From: a virus
Taxonomy: Duplodnaviria > Caudoviricetes
Direction: 5' to 3' (one strand)
Length of the DNA: 33,188 bases
Virus record (IMG/VR): IMGVR_UViG_3300012953_007088
Coordinates: 1 to 33,188 of that record
A program made the position numbers and the translations under genes. Shown one piece after another: positions 7,506-16,423 of the stretch; position 1 is the first letter of the stretch, and each line of letters begins with the position of its first letter. The notes under the pieces were generated by a model. That model saw only the letters and a list, made by a program, of their open reading frames with translations, was not told the origin of the DNA and ran no database searches.

Positions 7506-10066
7506 TTTTTTAATTCAGACAGCTTGGAGTATATTTTCGTGTTTTGAATCGAGATAGAGTCCGCGAAGACAACTTCATCTTGTTTCGTGCCAGAAACTAT
7601 AACTATGTCGTTCTCTTTTGGTAAGACACCGTTTTCTTCCTTACATATCTCTAGTTTCTTTGAGAAAATCATAGTCTTAGTTGTTCCGGTTTCGTCTGAG
7701 CAAAAAGTCATTAAGTATTTATTACCATTCCTGCTTCTGCTTTGGACTACTTTGTCTCCAATATAAGAAATGAATTTTACTCTAGTTCCTGCGACCATCT
7801 CGTTTATTTGTCGAACAGTATTTAGGTTGCGCGTGGTGTTTGAGAAACAATCTCTCAAGGTACGATTGTAGGTATAGCCTAGCAGGTTCTTTTCGTAGTA
7901 CCAATTTGCAAAGCTTTCTGATTTTCTGTTTTGAGCGTAAATGTCTTTGTACCCTTTCGCTTTTTTCTTGATAGTTTCCATTCTGCTTTCCTTGATGACT
8001 GGCTTAGCTTCTTTTGCGGTTTTGGCTTTCACCATCGTCTGGGAGAGGTGGGTGATTATCCTAACTAAATCAAAGTCAAACTCTTCTCCTTTCTCGAGTA
8101 CTAGGGTTTTTTCCCTTTGAGTGAGTATGTTCCACACTTGAGCTTCGTAAGCGACTTTCGTTCTACTCTGTTTAAATCCTTCTAAAGCACCAGCTTGTAT
8201 TAGTGCGCTAAGGATTCCTATGGGGATTTCGCAGTGATTAGCTGCTTCGAATATTTGAAATTTGTTTGTGTACTCTCCTTTGAAGTTCATTAACTTGTCC
8301 AAGGATTTGTCTGAAATGCCCTTGATTGATAATAAGCCGAACCTTATATCGTTGCCCTCAATACTGAAATCTGTTTTTGATTTAATTAAATGGGGCGGTA
8401 ACATTTTAATCCCAAAGTAATCCATTTCCTTGTGTATTTTGGAGATTTCAGAAATTGGGTCAGGTTCGTGCCTAGACATCTTTAGTAAACTTAAGAAAAA
8501 CTCTTTTGGGTGCTTGAATTTTAAGTAAACTGTCGCAGCAGCTAGTGCTGCGTAGGAGATAGAGTGTGATTTATTGAATGAGTAATTTGCTGAGTCCTCC
8601 AAAACTCTCCATAGAACATCTCCAACTTTTTTAGCTAGATTGTTTTCCGCGACTTTATCTTTAATTTTTTTCTTCCACTTTCTAACTTCTGAAACTTTCT
8701 TTTTACCCACAATTCTTCTGAGAATCTCGGCTTCATCAAGGGTGAAGCCAATTTTGTGAGCCATTTTCATTAACTGTTCTTGGTACAAAGCAACGCCACC
8801 AGTGGATGATAGAATGTCGTCAAAGAAAGGTTCAACGACTTCCTTCTCTCCATTGTTTGTGTACTCCGCGTACTGGTCTACAAAAGCTAAAGCACCGGGA
8901 CGAGCCAACGCTAAAACAGCACTTAGTTCATCCAAGTCTTTAGGCTTAACTTTCTGACAAACTCTGAAGTTTGTGTCGGCCTCGATTTGGAAAAGGCCAT
9001 GCGGTGTTCTGAGGTACTGTAGGTTTTCGTAAATTATTTCGTCGTTAAAATCTATTTCGTGAGCTTTTATGCCGACCTGCTTACAGACATCATCAACCAC
9101 TGATACGGCCCTGAGTCCAAGTATGTCCAGCTTTACATTGAAGATAGACACCCAATTCATATCGTAAGAGGATACGAAGCCGTCTTTTTTCGATGTGAGT
9201 TCTGTCGGGTAAGACTCCTCCATGTTTCCGTAGGAAATCGATATGGCGGACGGGTGAACACCCTTATTTTTAACTAAGTTACTTATTTTGAGAGCCACTT
9301 TGTAGCAGTCTTCATTCTCGTCGCACCAAGATTTGAAGTCTGCAACTTCATCATAGGCTTCTTCCAGCGTCTTAACTTGGCCAAAAACTTTGGGTATCAT
9401 CGCTGAAATCATATTCATTTCTGATTCAGTTTTTCCTCCTACGATTTTACCAGCCTCTTTAATGCAAAGCTTACCTGTAAACGTATTGAGGGTTAAGATT
9501 TTAGATGTTCTGCCGTGGTATTTTTCTTCTAAATATTTAATTACTTTATGCCGATTGTGGTAACATATATCCATATCAACATCACACATTAAGGCCCCGT
9601 CTAAGTACGTAACTCCATCGACCACTTTTTTCTTAGCGCGAACTTTCGAGACAAATCTTTCAAAGAATAATTCATGTTTAACTGGGTCTATTTTCGTTAC
9701 TCCCAGCAGGAAAAGAACTATACTTCCAGCAGCACTCCCTCTTCCTAATCCAATTGGTACATCTTCTCTTTCACAGAATTTAACTACATCCCAAACCATT
9801 AGTATGTAGTCGATAAAACCTAATTCCTTTAAAGTGTCTAGTTCGTATTTAATTCTTTCGCAGTACTTTTTGTAGAGTGGGCTATCTTTTTCTAATTGAA
9901 GCGATTCAAATTTTTCTAAACAAGCATACCGCAGAAAATTAAAATTATTAAACTCCCCTTTTAGCTGACTCTTATTTACGTAATCTTTGGAAACCTCAAA
10001 CCTAGGCAGTCTTACGCCGTGTATCTCTAGGTCTATTTCTTCAAAGTTTTTCGAGAAGTTATTCAT
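7502..10066 (-). CDS. dnaE: DNA polymerase III alpha (family C) catalytic core, lacking the PHP domain
   Basis: GRGSAAGS, FERF, DVDMD (catalytic), KLDILGL, GLFQIE, RPG, YQEQLM, YSFNKSHSISYA, IRFGLLSIKGI and C-terminal OB fold. Confidence 0.95.
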   Translation of the reverse strand: MNNFSKNFEEIDLEIHGVRLPRFEVSKDYVNKSQLKGEFNNFNFLRYACLEKFESLQLEKDSPLYKKYCERIKYELDTLKELGFIDYILMVWDVVKFCEREDVPIGLGRGSAAGSIVLFLLGVTKIDPVKHELFFERFVSKVRAKKKVVDGVTYLDGALMCDVDMDICYHNRHKVIKYLEEKYHGRTSKILTLNTFTGKLCIKEAGKIVGGKTESEMNMISAMIPKVFGQVKTLEEAYDEVADFKSWCDENEDCYKVALKISNLVKNKGVHPSAISISYGNMEESYPTELTSKKDGFVSSYDMNWVSIFNVKLDILGLRAVSVVDDVCKQVGIKAHEIDFNDEIIYENLQYLRTPHGLFQIEADTNFRVCQKVKPKDLDELSAVLALARPGALAFVDQYAEYTNNGEKEVVEPFFDDILSSTGGVALYQEQLMKMAHKIGFTLDEAEILRRIVGKKKVSEVRKWKKKIKDKVAENNLAKKVGDVLWRVLEDSANYSFNKSHSISYAALAAATVYLKFKHPKEFFLSLLKMSRHEPDPISEISKIHKEMDYFGIKMLPPHLIKSKTDFSIEGNDIRFGLLSIKGISDKSLDKLMNFKGEYTNKFQIFEAANHCEIPIGILSALIQAGALEGFKQSRTKVAYEAQVWNILTQREKTLVLEKGEEFDFDLVRIITHLSQTMVKAKTAKEAKPVIKESRMETIKKKAKGYKDIYAQNRKSESFANWYYEKNLLGYTYNRTLRDCFSNTTRNLNTVRQINEMVAGTRVKFISYIGDKVVQSRSRNGNKYLMTFCSDETGTTKTMIFSKKLEICKEENGVLPKENDIVIVSGTKQDEVVFADSISIQNTKIYSKLSELKK

Positions 10067-10719
10067 AGGTCAATCTGATATTTTATTTTATCCCAAACTT
10101 TAATATTGAGTTCTAAGTCTACTAAGGCGTCGTGAAGCTTGTCGTAGTCATGTTCTATTCCGAATTCTTGCCCCATAGCTTTTAGGTTAGTCTTAACTCC
10201 TCTAACTCTCCGGTTATTCATGCAGTATTGATACTCCATTAAGCTTGAGTTTTTATCGTACTTAAAGTTGGTTTTAACGCCACGAGCTAAAGCGTTGGTA
10301 TCTAATATTTTCGGCACTAAATGTTTGTAGCAAAGATTGAAGTGCTTATAAAGTTCTTTTATTAAATATAAATCAAAACCTAATACATTATGGCCAACTA
10401 TGTAGTCTGACTTGTCCAACCAATCTCTTATAGTGGCGAAGACTTCCTCTGGCTTTTTTCCCAGCTTGTCCAACTTCTCTTGGGAAAATCTAGTTATCCT
10501 AGCAGCATCGTCGCTTATTTTAAGATTAGTATCCCATTTAATTAAAAAGTCTCTGGAATCAGAGACTTCTGAGTCGGGTCCAGATTTTCCGTTTTGGCAC
10601 TTTATCATGGCAATCTGCCAAGGGAGGTTGTGACAAGAGTTCAGACATAGATTAAGCGTTTCGCAGTCTATAAAGACATAAACGCTTTTCTTGTCGTACC
10701 TTAAAAGTCTATCGTTCAT
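10063..10719 (-). CDS. DEDDh 3'-5' exonuclease (DnaQ/PolC-type proofreading domain)
   Basis: FIDCETL (Exo I), VGHNVLGFD (Exo II), LHDALVD (Exo III). Confidence 0.9.
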   Translation of the reverse strand: MNDRLLRYDKKSVYVFIDCETLNLCLNSCHNLPWQIAMIKCQNGKSGPDSEVSDSRDFLIKWDTNLKISDDAARITRFSQEKLDKLGKKPEEVFATIRDWLDKSDYIVGHNVLGFDLYLIKELYKHFNLCYKHLVPKILDTNALARGVKTNFKYDKNSSLMEYQYCMNNRRVRGVKTNLKAMGQEFGIEHDYDKLHDALVDLELNIKVWDKIKYQIDL

Positions 10720-11465
10720 TCGGGCAAAGCCTCCCAGCAGAATTCGTTGCTACTCATGTGTTCTAAGTTTGGTTTATCTAAGGAGCTTCTTGAGTTGATG
10801 CACCTAAATGATAAGTAGGACTTGAAGTCTTCCTTGTTTTTGTAAAAAACGCTTTTTACTTTCAAGAGTTCATCTTCTGGTTTTGCGTAGTTTTTAATTG
10901 CGTTCTCGATAAGATAATTGAAAGGTAGGTCGTTCTCTTCAATCATGAAGACTGGGTTGCAGAAAGATAAATCTGGCACACAAGATTTACAGTTTAGCGT
11001 GTTTTCGTGTATGAAAGAATCGTAAAAAGGTATGCCAACCACGATATCTTCAGGGGAGTACAGTTGCTTAATCGAGGGGTAGTCAAGTCTTGGCGTGTAA
11101 TAAAACCCTTCTATGCTGGCCTTCGTGTATAACTTGATTAGCTTCTTGTATCCTTCTTTGTTTTTAGCGAATAGGATAAGTTTCGAGGTCCCCTGAATGG
11201 ACTCGTCGTCTTTTTGATTTAAGTCGGGACAGACGTTAATTCTGAGGCCAAAGATGAATTTAATTTTATTTTCGCGACAGTTTTCGTAAGCCTCCAGAAA
11301 CCCACTCATATTGTCGTCTACCAAGTAGAGTTCTTTGAGTTTATTGTCTACGCAGATGTCTATTATTGAGTCTGGGCCAGTGCTTGGTTCAGGAGAGCGT
11401 TTGTTGAGCGTTAAAATAGATTTACCTAAGCTATAGTGAGATTTAAACAAAGGTATGGTATCCAT
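10716..11465 (-). CDS. Stand-alone PHP domain of DNA polymerase III alpha
   Basis: KSHYSLGKSIL, LVDDNMSGFLE, IKFIFG, LILFAKNKEGYKKLIKL...GFYYTPRLD match the DnaE N-terminus. Confidence 0.9.
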   Translation of the reverse strand: MDTIPLFKSHYSLGKSILTLNKRSPEPSTGPDSIIDICVDNKLKELYLVDDNMSGFLEAYENCRENKIKFIFGLRINVCPDLNQKDDESIQGTSKLILFAKNKEGYKKLIKLYTKASIEGFYYTPRLDYPSIKQLYSPEDIVVGIPFYDSFIHENTLNCKSCVPDLSFCNPVFMIEENDLPFNYLIENAIKNYAKPEDELLKVKSVFYKNKEDFKSYLSFRCINSRSSLDKPNLEHMSSNEFCWEALPE

Positions 11466-11473
11466 AGGTTACG

Positions 11474-11502
11474 ATATTATGAATTTTCTGATTTGGGTTC
11501 AA
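11474..11502 (-). promoter_or_regulatory. Sigma70-like promoter for the PHP-exonuclease-polymerase operon
   Basis: TTGAAC-17 nt-TAATAT, 8 nt before the ATG; shares CAGAAAA..CATAATATCGT with the promoter at 3041-3069. Confidence 0.6.
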
Positions 11503-11503
11503 G

Positions 11504-12547
11504 CTAAAAATCAAAGTCATCTTTGAATTGTGACTTTTCTGGTTTACTCTGCGTGGCTTCTTGCGGGTGAGCGGGGCATCCTGTGTAGTGTTTTTTTACT
11601 ATTTTGCCATTTAAGTTTATGATGTCATCTCTGTTTTTCGATGAGGCTATCTGCTTTCCTTTTTCGTCTAGACAAGCATAGTAGTCGAATGCAAATTTGT
11701 GTTCGCAGTGCCACATCAGAGTGCCGTCTTTCTTTAGTTGACCGGGGTATTTAGCAAAACCGCAGTTGAGAGGACCCTTGAAGCCTTCTTCTTTTTTTGG
11801 GAAGGGCTGACGTGCAGCGAAGTTAGACTTTGCTTTGTGTTCATCATAATTATTGATTAATTTAAATACATGTTCGAGGAAGTATTCGAATCCTTCAAGT
11901 TCTTCGTCCTGAGCAGTAACTGTGATGTTTGGGTCTTCAGGGAATCTTAAAAACTGAAACTTAATGGAGCATTCTTTAACTTCTGGCCAGATTTCTTTTG
12001 CTGCAAGTAGGTAGACAAGGGCTTGAATGTTATAATCAACTTCACTTTTGGTAAACTTAGACTTACTTGTTTTGTAATCAACAATAACTAGCTTTTTACC
12101 GTTTTTATAAACTTCAGGCTTATCCATATAGCCTAAAACTTTATAATTAGGAGAGGAGTTATCTAATAAAAATTCTTTTTCAGGTTCAGTTATTTTGGCC
12201 CCTCTAGCACCAAGAAAGTCGCAGTTTAACGCAACCAAAATCATTTCGTCGCACATCTGCAAATTTTCGTCAGACAGATACCCTTCTTTTTTTAAGTTTT
12301 TTTCGGTTAGTCGGTATACTGAAGGAACAGCTTTCGTGGTAGCGTGTTTAGTTATTTTTTTAATGTGCTTTCTGTGGCGCGGGTTAAGCAGCACTTCTAG
12401 CACGGTATGACAAACAGTACCCCTAGAACTTCCGGGATTTTTCGACCTTGGCAACCCAAGGTGATACGTACCCCAGTACTTCCAAGAACAACTATCTAGT
12501 GTTTTAATTCTAGAGGCAGATAGGATACTTTTAGTTTTATTAGCCAT
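11504..12547 (-). CDS. PD-(D/E)XK nuclease (RecB/Cas4-like exonuclease), possibly Fe-S bound
   Basis: LSASRIKTLDSCSWKY, GTVCHTVLE, EKEF, GYMD, IVDYKTSK, QALVY; several C-terminal Cys. Confidence 0.85.
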   Translation of the reverse strand: MANKTKSILSASRIKTLDSCSWKYWGTYHLGLPRSKNPGSSRGTVCHTVLEVLLNPRHRKHIKKITKHATTKAVPSVYRLTEKNLKKEGYLSDENLQMCDEMILVALNCDFLGARGAKITEPEKEFLLDNSSPNYKVLGYMDKPEVYKNGKKLVIVDYKTSKSKFTKSEVDYNIQALVYLLAAKEIWPEVKECSIKFQFLRFPEDPNITVTAQDEELEGFEYFLEHVFKLINNYDEHKAKSNFAARQPFPKKEEGFKGPLNCGFAKYPGQLKKDGTLMWHCEHKFAFDYYACLDEKGKQIASSKNRDDIINLNGKIVKKHYTGCPAHPQEATQSKPEKSQFKDDFDF

Positions 12548-12551
12548 AATT

Positions 12552-13130
12552 TTATCTAAATGGATGACCTGACACCCATAAAACTAGAGAGTTTCTTTTA
12601 CCCTTGGTGACGGGCGTAACCTTGTGCAGTAAAAACGAAGGGAAAAGAACGCAGGAACCCATTGTTTTGTCTGAGACGAAAGGTCTATCCCAAGTGTAAA
12701 TTTCTAATTCTCCGCCTTCGTATTCCTCTGGGTCAGTTAGTTGAACTACAATGCTGATTTTTCTAGTGCAATTGCCGTCGAAGTCCAAGTGAGCACCATA
12801 GTGGTCACCTTTCTTTTTGCCTTTGCCGTTGTAGGTGGTGTATTGCAGGTCTTCTAAAAATCCAGTTAGTTCAAAGTTCCATAGTTCGTCATTGGCGTCT
12901 TTGACCATCGTTACAAGCTTTTGGTAAATCCATGACGTTTCTTCGGTTTGGGGAATCCAAGCTGTTGAGCCCTGCCTCACTGGGCTGTTCCCGCCGTATG
13001 TAACCGCGTCATTTTGAGTTATGCTATCGCCTAGTTTTTTAATCTCTGCAACTTCTTCTGCGGAGAAGGCTATTCCTCCGTAGAATCTACAGAAAGCTAA
13101 CTCTTTTTCTGGTTTAAATATGTATTTCAT
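12552..13130 (-). CDS. 2OG-Fe(II) oxygenase (PKHD/prolyl-hydroxylase-like)
   Basis: HLD (HxD), RKISIVVQL..PEEYEGGEL, FPSFLLHKVTPVTKGKRNSLVLW. Confidence 0.9.
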   Translation of the reverse strand: MKYIFKPEKELAFCRFYGGIAFSAEEVAEIKKLGDSITQNDAVTYGGNSPVRQGSTAWIPQTEETSWIYQKLVTMVKDANDELWNFELTGFLEDLQYTTYNGKGKKKGDHYGAHLDFDGNCTRKISIVVQLTDPEEYEGGELEIYTWDRPFVSDKTMGSCVLFPSFLLHKVTPVTKGKRNSLVLWVSGHPFR

Positions 13131-14082
13131 TTTTAAGTCTCCAATTCTCTATGTTTTCTTTTTTCATCTCTCCAAAGTCATTAGCCGACTCAGGGAGAGC
13201 TATTTTAATTTTTTCTGGGTTAATGATTTTTTGTAGTTCTTGCTTAGCTTTGCTTGCAGCAAGGTTGCCAGCTTCATTCCCATCCGCATCATTATTGAAG
13301 GATATAAATATATCACTTACTCCAGAGTTAATCAACAGGCTTCTTATTCGCGGTGATACACTCAACCCAAAGGTGACAATAGAGTTCATTATTCCATTTT
13401 CCCACAGAGCAAGCATGTCTCCTATGCTTTCGACTAATATTATTTGGTTTGTTTTTTTAATATATTTTTTATTACAAAAGAATGGGTATAACCAGTCCGT
13501 TTTCTTGCCTAAAATTTTCCACTTCAAGGGGTGTTTATTGCTTATGTCTCTTCCGGTAAATCCGAGTATGCGAGATGTGTTTACGTCCCATATAGGGAAC
13601 ACGTATCGGTTATATAACTTTCCCCCCTCTATTCCGTTGTCTATTCCTCCTTTGAAGTTCTCAAGTGTTTTTTCGCTGATGCCTCTTTGCACCCAATAGG
13701 AGCTATCCTTAATTAAGCCTTTGGCTTCTGAAGGACGAAAGGTTTTTTTAAGTTCTAAAATTTTTTCAGGCTTAGTTACTTCGTCAGTTCTTTTGAATTC
13801 TTCTATATCAAGCCACTCTAAGGCTTTGCCTCTGTTGCAGTCTAAGTGGAGCGATACAAGTTTTACGATATCCCCTTTATAAAGGGGGTCTCCTGCGCGA
13901 GCCCAATCGTTAAAAGAGCCCGTGTCTTTATTTATGCTTAACACTCCTTTCGAGCTAGACTTTCTGTATTGAGGGTTTACGCGGTAATAACCTCCAGAGT
14001 GACTTAGATTTCCGTACCCAAGTTTTACTAGGATTTCATTAATATCCAAATCAGTTACTTTATTTTTAAAGGAGGTCTTCAT
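13114..14082 (-). CDS. DnaG-type DNA primase (Toprim)
   Basis: YWVQRGIS, NRYVFPI, GFTGRD, ILVESIGDMLAL, FNNDADGNEAG, NDFGE; adjacent to the helicase. Confidence 0.85.
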   Translation of the reverse strand: MKTSFKNKVTDLDINEILVKLGYGNLSHSGGYYRVNPQYRKSSSKGVLSINKDTGSFNDWARAGDPLYKGDIVKLVSLHLDCNRGKALEWLDIEEFKRTDEVTKPEKILELKKTFRPSEAKGLIKDSSYWVQRGISEKTLENFKGGIDNGIEGGKLYNRYVFPIWDVNTSRILGFTGRDISNKHPLKWKILGKKTDWLYPFFCNKKYIKKTNQIILVESIGDMLALWENGIMNSIVTFGLSVSPRIRSLLINSGVSDIFISFNNDADGNEAGNLAASKAKQELQKIINPEKIKIALPESANDFGEMKKENIENWRLKNEIHI

Positions 14083-15694
14083 TTTCTTGAGCGTAGTTTC
14101 TGGCGTTGCCTCTTTCTTCTGGTCCAGCGTTTGGGCTGTTTTGATTTGCGTCTGGATTATTGTCTCTCTGGTATTCTATAACATCTTCAAGAGAACCTTT
14201 CTCGACGATGCTTCCTCTTGAGAGGCACAGGTTTATATAGAATGGGGTTAGTTCAAATGTGCCGTTGTATTTTCGTTTTGAAGCTTGGTACATTTGGCTT
14301 CTCCATCTTTTTCCGGGCCATCTTACTTTGTGTATCAAGAGCTTATGGGTTCCAAATTGGAAAAGAGAATGGTCTCCTGTTTGGTGGAATTCAGTAAGTA
14401 GTTCGTGAACCGCGTCTAGAGTAACGCATTCATCTTCGGCTATTTCTTCTGGCCCTTTGGGTTCGAAGAAAATGGAATGGTTGGCGTCTTCACATGCCTT
14501 AAAAGAGCCTCCAATTGAAGCTGAAGCACCGGAGTTATTGTTTCTGTTTCGGACATCTCCAGAGCGGTTTGTTTGCATAGCTGTAACAACTATAATGTTG
14601 AGTTCTTTCGCTACTGTCATGACCTTGTTTATTTGGTCAGACATGTCTAAATGGGTTCCCTCGTTTTTATTTCTTTCTCCTGCTATATTTAAGTAGTCAT
14701 ATATCAGCATAGCGGGTTGAGTCATGTCGGTGTGTTTCATTCTCCACACGCGCATAAAGTCTACTTTTTTATCTATGGACATACCTTTGCAGAGCTTGTG
14801 GGCTAACTTTGAAAGGTGCGTTGCTTCCCTTATAGAGTCTATGTATGTTTGAACTTTGTCAGAGTCTTCTTGCGAAATGTATTTACCTGACTGGATATCT
14901 TCGTGGTGAATCCCTGTGTTAGCCATTGTGGTTCTGACTATTTGGTCGTGGAAGGATAACTCTGTGTCTAAGTAAAGGCAGTTCAGTCCAGTGTTTTTTA
15001 CGAACTCCATTCCTATCTGCATCATCAAGCTACTTTTTCCTACGCCTTGATTGGCGTGAAAAATATGCAGGTCGCAGGGGCGAAAACTCCCAAACATTGA
15101 GTGGTATATAGAAAGAGAAGAACGAAAGCCTACATCATCTATAGGGTTGTCCTTTCTTTGCTGCAAGACCCCCGCGCTGTCTTGAAAGGTGTTAAAGTCA
15201 TGTTCGTCTGAGCCGAAACTAACTGCGTTTATTAAGCTGCCATTGAATTTGCTGATTTGTTCTCCGAGAACTTTATGAGAGCTTCTTTTGCCACTTCCAC
15301 TGAGCCAGCCATTCATCTTATCCATTAAATTTTGAGTCGTATATATTTTATACTTTAACAGAAGAGAAGAAATTGAAGCTTGCAGTTCAGGTTTAGCTAT
15401 CGACCATTCCACTGCGTCGTCAATGAAGTCAGATGATTCAACTCCATGAACGAACTTTATGTTATGATTTAGAACTTTATCTTTAAACGCTTGAACTGAG
15501 AAAGGAGCACCGTTTAGGTTTAGTAATTCGTTCCTTAAAATGCCGAAGACCTTACTGTTCATCGGGTCAAAGAAGTGACCCTCTTCTAAGCTTGAGTATT
15601 TAAAAAACTCATTTGGGTTTTTTATTAAACACCCAATTATCTTATTCTCTAATTCAAAGTCGTGAGTTTCGTAAGACTCCTGCGAATTTCCCAT
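14066..15694 (-). CDS. DnaB-like (SF4) replicative helicase
   Basis: Walker A HANQGVGKS, LDTEL, IYDYL, TAMQTNRSG; N-terminal ELENKIIGCLI like the DnaB N-domain. Confidence 0.85.
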   Translation of the reverse strand: MGNSQESYETHDFELENKIIGCLIKNPNEFFKYSSLEEGHFFDPMNSKVFGILRNELLNLNGAPFSVQAFKDKVLNHNIKFVHGVESSDFIDDAVEWSIAKPELQASISSLLLKYKIYTTQNLMDKMNGWLSGSGKRSSHKVLGEQISKFNGSLINAVSFGSDEHDFNTFQDSAGVLQQRKDNPIDDVGFRSSLSIYHSMFGSFRPCDLHIFHANQGVGKSSLMMQIGMEFVKNTGLNCLYLDTELSFHDQIVRTTMANTGIHHEDIQSGKYISQEDSDKVQTYIDSIREATHLSKLAHKLCKGMSIDKKVDFMRVWRMKHTDMTQPAMLIYDYLNIAGERNKNEGTHLDMSDQINKVMTVAKELNIIVVTAMQTNRSGDVRNRNNNSGASASIGGSFKACEDANHSIFFEPKGPEEIAEDECVTLDAVHELLTEFHQTGDHSLFQFGTHKLLIHKVRWPGKRWRSQMYQASKRKYNGTFELTPFYINLCLSRGSIVEKGSLEDVIEYQRDNNPDANQNSPNAGPEERGNARNYAQENEDLL

Positions 15695-15700
15695 ATCGCA

Positions 15701-15728
15701 ATTATCTACATTACTGGAATTAAAGCAA
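15701..15728 (-). promoter_or_regulatory. Sigma70-like promoter, probably leaderless, for helicase-primase
   Basis: TTGCTT-16 nt-GATAAT, 6 nt before the ATG at 15694. Confidence 0.5.
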
Positions 15729-15989
15729 GCCTTCGTTTTCGTCGTCGTCTTCGGGGGGCATCGGAGGCTGCATTTCAGACAATGCGCTTTCTATGTTATA
15801 GGCTTCCATTGCTCTATTATAGTTCTCTATAGAAAATTGTAAGCCTAATTCGTGAGCAGTGCTTTCAAAACCGCAGTGCATATTCGGTTTTCCGTTACCA
15901 TCATAGTTAAAAAGGATGTAACCGCCGTTGCTGCATTCGGAAATTTGATTGAGAAGACTTTTGGGGAACTTGAAGCTCTTTTCGTTCAT
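15720..15989 (-). CDS. Hypothetical protein with acidic C-terminus
   Basis: 89-aa ORF that fills the gap in the operon and is preceded by GTGTATATATAAGT. Confidence 0.65.
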   Translation of the reverse strand: MNEKSFKFPKSLLNQISECSNGGYILFNYDGNGKPNMHCGFESTAHELGLQFSIENYNRAMEAYNIESALSEMQPPMPPEDDDENEGLL

Positions 15990-16003
15990 ACTTATATATA
16001 CAC

Positions 16004-16423
16004 TTATAACTCGATGTTAAAATTTTTTTCTATAAAATCTTTACTTATAGAAGTTAAATCTTCGGGGTAAATTTCTATTAAAATAAATCCATTTTTTTCA
16101 AGCCATTTTCTTTTATCTATATCTCTTTTAATAGACTTAAGGAAGTTAGCTCTAGATTTGCCGTGAAAAAAGGGGTTGTATTTTACGTGCTGCTCGCCAT
16201 TAACTTCTACAGCAATCTTGGTAGTTGCATTCAGTAAGTCAACCTTAAGTCGTGTACCGTAAACAGGAAACTCTTCATAAACTATATGACTAGACCAGTA
16301 TTCGTGAAAAAAATCTTTTATGGATTTTTGAAATTTAGACCTGCAAGAACCATCCCAATCAACCAAGAACTTAGATACATTTTTGTAAATTGGAGTTTTG
16401 CCGTTTAACGTATACAGTCTCAT
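16004..16423 (-). CDS. Vsr/DUF559-like PD-(D/E)XK endonuclease
   Basis: EEFPV..TRLKVDLL..IAVEVNGEQH..RDIDKRKWLEKNGFILIEI. Confidence 0.75.
   Translation of the reverse strand: MRLYTLNGKTPIYKNVSKFLVDWDGSCRSKFQKSIKDFFHEYWSSHIVYEEFPVYGTRLKVDLLNATTKIAVEVNGEQHVKYNPFFHGKSRANFLKSIKRDIDKRKWLEKNGFILIEIYPEDLTSISKDFIEKNFNIEL

Noticed and set aside
7502-11465. Split-intein or pseudogenised dnaE
   Set aside because: No intein terminal motifs; breaks fall at domain boundaries with ATGA coupling and an intact exonuclease gene in between
11504-12547. Cas4 as part of a CRISPR-Cas system
   Set aside because: No cas1/cas2 or array in the window; the replication context fits a phage exonuclease
12552-13130. 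TET/JBP DNA hydroxylase
   Set aside because: Motifs match the PKHD/P4H-like 2OG oxygenases common in aquatic phages, and no methyltransferase partner is seen; the substrate remains unknown
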